Shown here: piece after piece, positions 38,342-50,100 of the stretch
Position numbering within the stretch: the first letter of the stretch is position 1
How the letters are laid out: each line of letters begins with the position of its first letter
Origin: Chiloscyllium plagiosum
Lineage: Eukaryota
Direction of reading: 5' to 3'
Length of the DNA stretch: 61,095 nt
NCBI RefSeq assembly: GCF_004010195.1
Contig: NC_057751.1
Span: 10,472,589-10,533,683 of the forward strand
Made by a program: the position numbers and the translations under genes
Notes under the pieces: generated by a model
Seen by the model: the letters and a program-made list of their open reading frames with translations, nothing else
What the model was told of the DNA's origin: nothing
Database searches by the model: none

Positions 38342-38574
38342 TGATGTGGAAGTGCTGGTGTTGGGACTGGGGTGGACAAGTTAAAAATCACACAACACCT
38401 GGTTATAGGCCAACAGGTTTATTTGGAAGGGCTAGCTTTTGGAGTGCTGCTCCTTCATCAGGGAGCTGCACAGATAGGAGCTTGACAGCTACCTGATGAA
38501 GGAGCAGCACTCCAAAGCTAGCCCTTCCAAATAAACCTGTTGGACTGTAACCTGGTGTTGTGTGATTTTTAACT
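38342..38574. mobile_element. Penelope family-B mini fold-back element with degenerate hammerhead motifs
   Basis: Arms about 38379-38462 and 38492-38574; ctgatgaaggagcagcactccaaagcta; TSD catcaaaagatca (38329) / cattaaaagatca (38575). Confidence 0.88.
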
Positions 38575-38659
38575 CATTAAAAGATCAGTTGCACTTAAGC
38601 CTGAGCCATATTTAACCACCCTTTGGGGTTGAGTTGCCCTGCATTGTTCCTGATCTTTG

Positions 38660-39210
38660 TCCTGGATGGGGCAGCCAGAGGGAAGTTGGTATTCTACGTT
38701 GTGGGTAGGAATTTGCAGGTTCCCTTGGAGACGCAGGGAGTCCTCTTCCCCCAGGAGCAGCAACCGAGGACACGACACCAGACCATGCCAGCCTGTTCTG
38801 AGCTTGGCACCTGGATCACTGGAGTACCAGTTGTTTGGAGGAATGCCCAGCAATGTAGGAAGAACATTAATGTCATCCTCCACTTAGTAGCCTCAGAGTC
38901 ACCATTTTCTCCCTGACATCTCACACTCAGTCTGTTTCTCTAACCACGTCTCACTCTGCCCAAGCTTGACCACTCTCACTATTGCCGACATGATCTTCTC
39001 CGCTTGCTCTCATCTTCCAATCCCTGACGCCACTAACTACATGCCCTCTGCGCTGTTTCTCACTCTCTCAGGACACCTCACCTGCATTAACTGTAAGACT
39101 TGTGCCACTTGTGTTCATCTCACATAATATCTATCTCTCATCCTACAGCCCACATAGAGCAAAAAGTGTCAAGATGGTGGTGGGATGCTCAACATTCAGC
39201 TCCTCACATG
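38660..39210 (+). pseudogene. PIF/Harbinger-type Myb/SANT-like DNA-binding gene relic
   Basis: GVLFPQEQQPRTRHQTMPACSELGTWITGVPVVWRNAQQCRKNINVILH (R..QC+K motif), then a pyrimidine-rich intron-like stretch ending cctacag and a DGGGMLNIQLLT remnant. Confidence 0.6.
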
Positions 39211-40786
39211 TTTTGCGATAACCGCTCCAAAGTAGCTGATTGACCATATCCAAGCTGCGAGGCAGTTATGGGAAGTTGCCCTGGCTAACTGTGCAGATAG
39301 TCCCTGTGCAAAGGCTATTTCTCTTGACTTGACAGAAACCTGACAAGTGTGACAAACTGTCTGGCTTTGTGCTGTGCCAAACAGCAAAGCAAGAGACATG
39401 TCATAGGGCAAAGTGCAAAAGAGGCATGGCAATGCATGGCAAGCATTCTGTGAGCAACAAGATAAGCTGAATGATTGAGTGCTATGACAGCAAGTTAAGA
39501 ACCCTGAGATGCAGCCTAGTCCAGTCCATGAGCTGGATGCGTGTGCCTCAATGTATGGTGTCCTTGCAACAGTAATACAATGATAATTGCCAGTGTAGCC
39601 AGAGGTGCAGCAAGCATCCAGTAAGTGAATTGGGTAATATGCCATGAGGCTTCTCAGAGCATGGTACGTGTCAGATGTCAGCATCCATGATTGTACGGTG
39701 AGTGCGGACCGTGCCCAACATGGAGGTCGTTCAGTCTCAGTGATGAGCTGAAGTCACTCTGACTGCTATACTAGCATTTGTTGACATCCATCTTGTTCAG
39801 TGTACTTTGTAAAATAAGACTGAAGTTAACAGGATGAGGTGCAGAAAGATGCTCCTGATGTTAAGATAGGTCTTGCCTGACTTGTCACCCATTTCTGCCA
39901 CAAATTATGCCCATGTGCACTTTACTCAGACTGCTCTAAGATTCTGCTCACTTTCATCTCAAAAACACATCTGATCAATTGTCACTTTGAGAACTCTTTT
40001 AATTTTTTACTTTTTCCTACATTTTGAAAACAGCTTAATCCTGCTTAAAAAGTCACCCTTCGCACGGAAATCCAACACGCTTTTACATTCAGATTACAAA
40101 TCCCTGATATTCAAGCATTCTGCAACATTAATTGTCTTTCCAGGTTTACCTTAATAAATCCGACAAAATGAGTTTGATATTGTATTCATTACTCTGAAGA
40201 GTTGTTTCACTCCTCTCTTCAAATTAATGCAGGAATTCCCAAAACCGATTCCAGCATGTTGAAACATTCTAAGTAAGCACTGGGTAATTATGTAATTATG
40301 ATTTATGGAAGTGGTTGCAATACAAAGTGAAGCGAAAGAGTGTGGTATGCATTCATACAAGTAGCTCTTATAATCCACTTCCAACATCTAAATATGGCTA
40401 ACTGACAAGAAAGAGATGGCTCAGAAATTTGCAATTTCACAGTAGAATGCAGAGATATCCTTCTGTCCAAATTAGTTAGTCAATCATTCATTTAGTCAGT
40501 CAGACGTCTTAAATCCAAATGGTCTTTGCACAATTTTGATGAACAGAATCACCCCAAGCATCAAGATCCACTTCTTGATGAGTATGTTTTATACAGTCAA
40601 GCCCACTAGGAGTTTTAATTTTTGTGAAACAATTGTAGTGATCTTCTAAATGAGAAGGGAACAGTCTTGAAAAATGAAAGCTGAAACAAGCAGTGGATAG
40701 GGTAGGGAAATAAGTGATTTTAAGAACCAATTTTAAAAAAGTATTTCAGTTACCCAGGTGAAACTGTTTGGGGGTAAATGTATTCA

Positions 40787-40792
40787 TTTATT
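40787..40792 (-). promoter_or_regulatory. Candidate polyadenylation signal (AATAAA) of the GNS-like gene
   Basis: tttatt on the + strand, about 300 nt past the predicted stop. Confidence 0.3.
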
Positions 40793-41092
40793 TCTATTTA
40801 TGGTGAGAAACCATTTTCAAGTAACCCTGCAAAAATAATATGGGTTTTTCAAACGTACACAGCAGGACATTTCAAATTAAGGTAGGAGCAGGGTTTCTTG
40901 GTTGGAGTGTTAAACAAGGAGAAAAAGGACTCCTGTATGAATTTAGGTGCTTTCTGATGAGCTATTGCACATTCATCTTGTTTGTGGACCCAGATGTCTG
41001 GATTTTCAATCATTCACATTCTTTCTTTTGTGGATGGACACTGGTCTGTGTTGGCTCAAATACAATCTGCCAGAAAGAGGGCAATCCTTCGA

Positions 41093-41105
41093 CTAGGAAT
41101 CAAAT
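41093..41105 (-). CDS. GNS: GNS-like probable last coding exon: (G)FDS-stop
   Basis: Acceptor ctcttttacag, then A TTT GAT TCC TAG, in phase with the previous exon. A second possible acceptor lies at 41066. Confidence 0.55.
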
Positions 41106-44100
41106 CTGTAAAAGAGCATAATGGGCAGAGTTAGAAACGTGATGAAGTCTTCCCTCCACTGAATGCAAAACATTGCTTTAAATGTTAACACTTGGGTTCA
41201 ATTTAATTGAGAGTTTGTATACATAGTGGTTTATCAAGTATTGGGATGAATTCTCCTGTTGTTAGTTTGATCAATGCCATCTGGGGGCACATAATAATCA
41301 GTTTGATGTCTTATCCAAAAAATGGGAGCTTGGAGAGTGCAAAGGTTATTTTGTATTCGAGTGTCATACTAGATTTATGTGCACAACTCCTGCATTAGTA
41401 GTTATACCTACAACCTTTAAATTCAGAGGATTAAATGCTACCTAAAGAATCAGGGCTGTTTGCAGGAAGAAGGAAAATTTAATAAAGACGACAGTAATCG
41501 ATATTTCGAATGCTGGAACATACCTTCTTCATGATCATTGCATTCTAATACTTACCCATCTTCCTCTACCTTTACTGTACGACAGTCATTTCCAGAACAA
41601 GATTCTAGCTTTATCAACCGCTGGTTCATCTTCACAAGTAGTGAGGGATCCACAGTTTTTGCAATATTGACCAATTGGTGTGGGTCTGATGTCAAGTTGT
41701 AGACTTCAACAAAGGCCTGAAAACAGAACATAGCAGTAACTAAAATAATTCAGGGCAAGTCAATACTATGAAATTAGAATCCATGGAAAGTGACGTGTAC
41801 ATCAAACGGGTAACGACAGTTTGAAATTCTGGTTGAGTACACATTTTTAACCTAGGACATCCCATTGCTTACAGATAACGAACCTGCACAGGTTGGAGGT
41901 AAGAGGTTCACACAGCATGTGACTGACAGACGGCACCTACCTCACTGTCGGCAAATTCACAATACTGTAGATTGACTTTTGATAATGTTCTCACACAAGC
42001 ATAAGTATTATTAAAAGCATCTTCACACACGCAGTCTGGAAAACATTCCTAAGGAAAGGAGAAGAAAAAGACATCAAACTTGCAAATTCAAAGACGTTTC
42101 TCACTCAAGCAAGCATGGCTCGTTAAATTGACATTTGTTTATTCAACTTTCAAAACCATTCCCTCCCTCTTTTGCACAAGGTGCTGACCTTTGCTACAAT
42201 TGTCATTCAAAACACTCCAATTGCCCTTCAGGACTCCAAGTTCTGAAAACTTGGGTTCAGTGTTTCCACACTATAATCCTGTTGACTTCTGTCCTCGCCA
42301 GTTATCCTTAATCTTTGCAGCAGTCACTGCATAGTGATGAGAAAGAAGAAGTGTGCTTAATTCTCCCCCATGACTGCACTCCTACAGCGTAAAACATGCC
42401 CAAAACTATCTTTTTTCTTCACTCCATCAATGTATGGAGTACTGCCAGAGACCAGCTTAAATAACCGTATTTCAAAGCACTTGACTGTATGGATCCAAGT
42501 AGAGATTTTTTTTGACAAGGAGATCAAACTTGAAATGTTTTTGCCCTGCACTGCTTCATTAAAATATAACTGTTACCCACTATGCCATCAGGAGAAGCAA
42601 TGCTAATGCTTTTGGCAATATGACTTCATCTGCATTCATGCTTTTGCATGGAAACAGTGAATAAAGTTTCACAATGATGGTTTGTGGAGCGGCAGGTTGA
42701 AACAAGTGAGAAAAAGCAATCTTCACATGAGAATTGGAATGTGTGTTTTGTTTAAATAGAATGTGCCTCTTCATCACCTTTGATGTTAAACATCTGGATA
42801 AATGCAAGTTATTTTTGTTGATTACTTACAGCCACGCCAGGTCCTACATTGGGGCATGCAGGGTCTAACTTAGCATCACCTTCTCCAGTATATTCTACCA
42901 GAAAATCATTGCGCCAGTGTGTTTTATTCCGTGAAGAATCCTGAAATAAATAGAAGGAAGAATGTTAGAACAGAAAGAACGGATCAAACCATCTGACCTT
43001 TGTCCCAAAACAAAAAAATGCAGATGTTGTAAGTCAGAGACACAAACAGAAATTGCTTGATATGTTCAGCCTGTCTGGTGGTGAGAAATCAGAGTTACTG
43101 TTTCGAGACCCTTCTCAATCCGAAACTTCAACTCTGATTTCTCTCCACAGATGCTGCTCGCATGGCTGAGCTTTTCCAGCAATTTTTGTTTTGGAACCTT
43201 TCTCCCGACTGCTTTTGACAACTACAACGCAGAGAAGTGCACAGATACGGTCGGTCTTCCTTTGGGTGCTAATTGTCAACAAATCACGTTTGATCATTTT
43301 CATCTCATCAAGCATTCAGGGAAGAATTAATGGTTGAAATGTGCAATTTTTTGTGATAGGTCATCTACTGTAGCATCACAACTCTAAATTATTGCTCATC
43401 TTCCATGTCAACTCCTTGGACAAACTTCCCTATTAGCCATTGATTAAAGGGAAGTGAACATATGTCATATTGGTAGTATTCATGGCTGCATGTGGATCAG
43501 AAGGTGGTCAGTTCAAAACCTGTTCCAAACTGTTGTGTTAATAAAGACCAGAGCTTCAATGCAGAGTTCTGGACTGGCATCCAGTGGGGAAACCAGGACT
43601 GGTCCCCCAACCCTTGCCATTATATGGGCTGCAAGTTCTTAAAATAGTCTTCTTTTGGATGGGACTAATCATCAATTGGCCAACAACAGGGTGATTATGA
43701 ACATGAAAGCACCGTTCATTTTCCAGCTTGTCAGGATTTCTCAGCCTGCGACTCATTCACTATTTCACTTTTCAGCAGTGTGTGAACAGATTGAAACCAC
43801 TGCCATAGAGTTAAAGATTTTTTAAAATATTGGCATTTGATGCTTTTAGGATTGAATAATAATCTTGACAGAACAAATATTATACAACACAACATTTCTT
43901 TGGTGATAGACAGTAAATATTTATGGTTCAAATGAAGTGGCCTAGATTTTACTGATGTGCACGCGTACCTAACACTCTTTACATATTTGTATGTATTTGA
44001 AGTGCAAACTGGTTTAGGGTGTCAGGATGTAAGTAGCTCACTGAACACTATCCAGCTCTGACCTCCACTTCTGTCGATACCACTGAACCTCAAGGGGAGG

Positions 44101-47100
44101 TGGTTAGAATATCTTCTGTTCATGACATTTCCCACTCATCAACATGAGCCCTCTTGTGGTCCAGGTCTGGTGTGTACTTGGACACTGTGCTTCATGACCT
44201 GAAGAGTTGGTTCAGCTTTTGCACTGCTGCTTTTCACCAGTGAGCAGCATGTCTGAAGAGGTACTGTAAGAAGAGCATAAGCGTAAGGTACTCACCATGA
44301 GGGGAAGAAAAGAGGTACCGTCCATGCTTTGGATTACATCATATCCAGCGATATTCAAGAAGGTGGGTGCCAGGTCTATATTCAGGATGGGTTCCTGTGC
44401 AATCAGGTGACAAAAGGTAAAATGCAGTTTCCTTGACTGTTCTCCTCCCACCCACAGGATGAAGCCTAGAACAGTGCTTTTGTATGATTTTGTTTATTCC
44501 TCCCTGATCTTTGTCATCAAATACCGAAGACACAAAATTTGATCCCTTATCGCAATGCAAATATGGGATCTTGCTGTGCATATGCGACAAATGTATTTCT
44601 CTCCTTTAGACAAGAGGCTTACAGTCCAAAAGTTCATTGTGGATGAGGATAGTTGAGATAAGGCCATAAGATATAGGATCAGAAATTAGGCCATTCAGCC
44701 CATCAAATCTGCTCCACTATTCAATCATGGCTGTTAAGTTTCTCAACCCCATTCTCTCAATTTCTCCTGTAACCCTTGGTACTCAAGAATCTACTTGTCT
44801 CAAGTCTTAAATATAGGCAATGACCTGGCCTCCATAGCCTTCTATGTGAATGAATTCCATAGATTCACCACTCCCTGGCTGAAGACGTTTCTCCTTATCT
44901 CCATTCTAAAAGATCTTCCCTTTACTCTAAGGCTGTGCCCTCAGGTCCTAGTCTCTCCCACCAACAGAAACATCCTCTCAACATCTACTCTGTCCAGGCC
45001 ATTCAGTATTCTGTATGTTTCAACTGGTTTCCCCTCTCATCCTTCTCAATTCCATCGAGTACAAACCCAGAATCCTTAAACGTTCCTCATATGTTCAGCT
45101 TTTCCTTCCTGGAACCATACTCATGAACCCCTCCTCAACACACTCCTGGGCCAGTACATCCTTCCTGAGATATGGGGCCCAAAATGGTGCACAGTACTCC
45201 AAATATGGTGTGACCAGAGCCTGAAAGAGCCTTAGAAGCACATGCCTACTATTATATTCAAGTCCTATCAAAATGAATGCCATCATTGCATTTACCTTTA
45301 TAACAACTGACTCAATGGTGAAGTTGCTATTTCAATGCAAGATCTCTTTATGAAATTCTATTTTAATGCCCAGCTCCACTGATTCATATTGTCCCCTTTC
45401 TGGTCTTAGCAATGGGTTCTGCAACATGACTCAGTTCATGAGTTGGAGTCAAATGCTATGCTTGAAGTGAATACATACCTTTATGGTCTGCTTAGGTTTG
45501 ATACCTGGTCCACGGACCAGCAATGGCACTCGAATATCAAATTCATAAAGCTGACGCTTGTCAATGGGCAGAGAGAACTGTCCTGCAAACAGATAAAGTT
45601 ATTGTCAGTAGCAGCTGTTGGCTACTTCTATTGGGATCTGCTTCTCAGTCTCAAATATTCACTCTACTTATTCATAGTGACAGTGATCACAACTCCATGA
45701 CCTTTACTATACTCATGGAGAGGGAAAGGAGCAGACGCTATGGGAAAGTACTTAATTGGGGGAGGGGGAATTACAATGCTATTAGGCAGGAACATGGGTG
45801 CCTAAATTGGGAACAGATGTTCTCAGGGAAATGCACAACATATAGGATGATAAATCCCCTGGGCCAGACCGGATATACCTTAGGTTACTACAGGAAGCAA
45901 GGGAAGAGATTCCTGCGGCTTTGGCCATGAGCTTTCCATGCTCACTGTCCACTGGAGTAGTGCCAGGTGATTGGAGGGTGGCAAATGTTATTCCCTTTTT
46001 CAAGGAAGGGAATAGGGATCCTGGGAATTACAGACAGGTCAGTCCTATATCAGTCGTGGGCAAAATATTGGAGAGGATTCTGAGACACAGGATTTATGAT
46101 TATTTGGAACACCATAGTTTGATTAGAGATAGTCAGCGTGGCTTTGTGAGGGGCAGGTCATGCCTCACAAGCCTTATTGAATTCTTTGAGGATGTGACAA
46201 AACACATTGATGAAGGTAGAGCAATGGATGTGGTATACATGGATTTTAGCAAAGCATTTGATAATGTTCCCCATGGTAGGCTCATTCAGAAAGTAAGGAG
46301 GCATGGAATATAGAGAAACCTATCTGTCTGGATACAGAATTGACTGGCACATAGAAGACAGAGGTTGGTGGTAGACAGAAGGTATTCAGCCTGGAGTTTG
46401 GTGACCAGTGGTGTTCCACAGGGATCAGTTCTGGGATCTCTACTTTTGTGATTTTTATAAATGACTTGGATGAGAAAGTGTGGAGTTGTGGATCGTGTGG
46501 AGGGCTGTTGTAGTTTGCAATGGGACATTGACAGGATGCAGAGCTGGGTTGAGAAGTGGCAGATGGAGTTCAACCTGGAAAAGTGTGAAATGATTCACTT
46601 TGTCGAATTTGAATGCAGAATACAGAGTTAAAGGCAGGGTTCTTGGCAGGGTGGAGGAGCAGAGAGATATGGGCGTCCATGTCCAGAGATCCCTCAAAGC
46701 TGCCACCCATGTTAACAGGGTTGTTAAGAAGACATTTGGTACGTTGGCTTTCATTAGCATTGAGTTTACGAGCAGCAAAGTTATGCTGCAGCTCTGTAGA
46801 GTCCTAGTTAGACCATACGTGGAATATTGAGTTCAGTTCTGGTCACCTCATTATAGGAAAGAAGTGGAAGCTCTAGAGAACATGCTGAGGAGATATACCA
46901 GGATGCTGCCTGGACTGGAGGGCATGTCTGATGAAGAAAGGTTGAGGAAGTTCAGGCTTTTCTCATTGGAGCGAACGAGGATGAGAGGTGACTTGATAGA
47001 GCTGTACAAGATGTTGAAAGGCATAGATAGAATGGTATCAGAGACATTTTCCCAGAGTGGGAATGTCTATCACAAGGGGGCATAATTTTAAGGTAATTGG

Positions 47101-50100
47101 AGGAAGGTGTAGGGGAGATGTCAGAGGTAGGTTCTTTACTCAGACAGTGGTGGGTGCATGGAATGCACTGTCAGCAGTGGTAGTAGAGTCAGATACATTA
47201 GGGACATTGAAGCAAGTCTTGGATAGGCACATGGAAGTTAGTACAATGAAGGGTATGTACATTAGTCTGATCTTAGAGTAGGATTAAAGGCTGGCAAGCA
47301 TTGAGGGCTGAAGGGCCTGTGCTGTATTGTTCTATAACTGAATTGAATGAGATAGAGAGCAACATACATGGGATTTACTGATGCCACAAAAATTGGGGGC
47401 ATTGTAAACAGTATAAAATGGAATTGTGAATTACAAAGACATCAAGAAACTTGGTTGGGATAAAGCAGGATACAACAGGCCAGTGAATCTAACATATGTG
47501 GGAGAGAAACTATTGGAAACAATTCCTATGGGCAGAATTAATCTTCATTTGGAGATGCAGGGATCCATCAAAATGGTAAGCATGGCTTTATCAGGGAGAT
47601 GTCCTGTCTGAAAATGTGATCGAATTTTGCAAGATCATGACAAGAGTCCAGATGAGATTAAAGCACTTGATGACATCAACATGGACTTGAGTAAAGCTTC
47701 TCACAAGGTCTTGTGTGGCAAGTTGGTTAAGAAGCCAAGAACCCATGAGACAGGACATTTTGGTGAACTGGATCCAAAAATGATTCAAAGAGGCAAGCAG
47801 AAGGTGATCGTCAAAGGATAGATGGGAATGTGCTGTGGCATACCACAGGATTTGGCACAGTGTCACTTGTTTATGGATGTATGTAAACAATCTAAACATG
47901 AATATGAGTGTTGGGGAGATTTCACTGGGGTGTTTAATGTAGGGCTAGGGAGGATGACACTAGTTCTGCAACAGACACTTCTAGTTCCAGCCCTGAAATG
48001 GTTAACAACAGCCAAGCGAGCTGCTGCTGGCGACTGCATGAGTACCTGGCTGGAGCTTGTAAGGGATATGCATAATGTTAATTAAATCTTGGAGCCTGTA
48101 AATACCAGCCAGAATCAATTGCCCCATCAAAACTCAGGATTAATAAAGTTTCGCTCCACTGATGCTGTCAAACCTACTGAATTTTCCCAGCAATTTCAGT
48201 TTTTGTGCAAGTTACATTAAATAGTTTGTTTTATATAGTAATGGTTCTGAAGGGATTTACATTGGCTGCACCCATTCCATTGATGTCACATACAGTCTAT
48301 ATGTGGAGACAAGGGGTTGTACTTTTGGGGAGATTTCACTGGGGTGTTTAATGTAGGGCTAGGGAGGGTGACACTAGTTCTGTAACAGACACTTCTAGTT
48401 CCAGCCCTGAAATGGTTAACAACAGCCAAGTGAGCTGCTGCAGGCGATTGCATGACTGCTGGAGCTTGTAAGGGATATGCATAATGTTAATTAAATCTTG
48501 GAGCCTGTAAATACCAGCCAGTATCAATTGCCCCATCGAAACTCGGGATTAATAAAGAAACCGATCGGAATCTGTAACTGTTAGACAAGTGTGAATTGCT
48601 CTATCGGAACCTGTAACTGTTAAGTGTGAATGGCTCTATTTAAGTCTAAAGTTGGTAAGTGTAATTGTCAATTTAGTTAAACTGAAACTATTGAAAATGG
48701 CTAGCCTGTCAGACGCATAGTAATTCCTTGAAACAATGAACTATTGAATATGGGATCGGAACCGCTCCCGGGGATGGCTGAGCCATTGTCAAGCACAGCA
48801 GAAGCTGGACAGGCACTTCGATGCGGCCAATAGGAGGACGGATCCCCAGCGCGCGCAGATGAATGGACCAATGGGGAAGGCGAACTGACCGGGGACTCCA
48901 GGCAGCGCAAAGTATAATTGTGTCAAGTTTGAACGAGAAGGGAGAACGCCTTCTCCAATTAATGCATGCTTGTAGATTCGTTGTACCAGTTAAGATTCTG
49001 TGAATAAACTGCTGTCTGCGTCTAACCATAGTTGCCAGTGTGAGTCTCTCCTTCCGAAAGAACACGCAAAGACGGGACCCCGCGGGTCCGTCTTAACAAT
49101 GAGAATGCAGAAAGTTTGCATAGGCACAAGAATTGACAATGTGTAAAACAACAAGGAGGACAGGATGATATAGACAGGCTGTTCAGATGGGCAGAACAGT
49201 GACAAAAGAAAATTAATCTCAATAATTATGGAATGATGCATTTTGGGAATTCTAAAAAAGCAAGGGAGTACACATTGGATGGTCAGATCCTGGGAACTAC
49301 AGAGTATCAAAAGCATCTTGGTGTGTGTGTCCATAGATCTTAAAGGAAACAGGACAGGTAGATAAAGTGATTAAGTCACCTAGGACATTTGCCTCTATTA
49401 GTCAAAGCGTTGAACATAAGAGCAAGGAGGTAACACTGGAGCTGTATATAATATTACATAGACCACAGCTTTAGTATTGTGTGGAGTTCTGGTCATCACA
49501 CTCCAGGAAGTATGTTATTGGTCCAGACAAAGTGCAGAGGATATAACCTGGGCTGGACTGGTTCAGCTTTGAAGAGAGATGGGAAAGGCTGGCATTGTTT
49601 TTCTCAGATCAGAGATACTTAGTGGGGAGCTGACTGAGTTGTACAATGTTGTGAGGGGCATAGACAGGGGAGACAGGGAGAAACATTTACCCTTAATAGC
49701 GGGGTCAATAATTAAGGGACACAGTTTTAAGCTCAGGTTTAGAGGGGATTTGAGGAAAAATGTTTTTCACCAAACAGTTGTAAGTGGAACTTGTTGTCTG
49801 CAAACGGCTAACAACATTCAAGATATTTAACAAGTATTTAGATGGGTCCTTGAAATGTCGTAGTATACAAAGTTACGGGGCTAGTGCTGGAAATTGGGAT
49901 GAGAATGGGCGGATACTTGCTGACAATTATAGGCTTTTTCCCACAGTGGAAAAAAAAGACTTCTTTTTTGAAAAATGATGATAAGCTATAAAGCAGTGGG
50001 AGTCCAAAGAGCTTATGCATTCAAAAACAGAGATTACTACAATACCACAAACTAGTGCAGCAAATAACTAAGAAAAAATTCAACGAATACTGGCCTTGAT

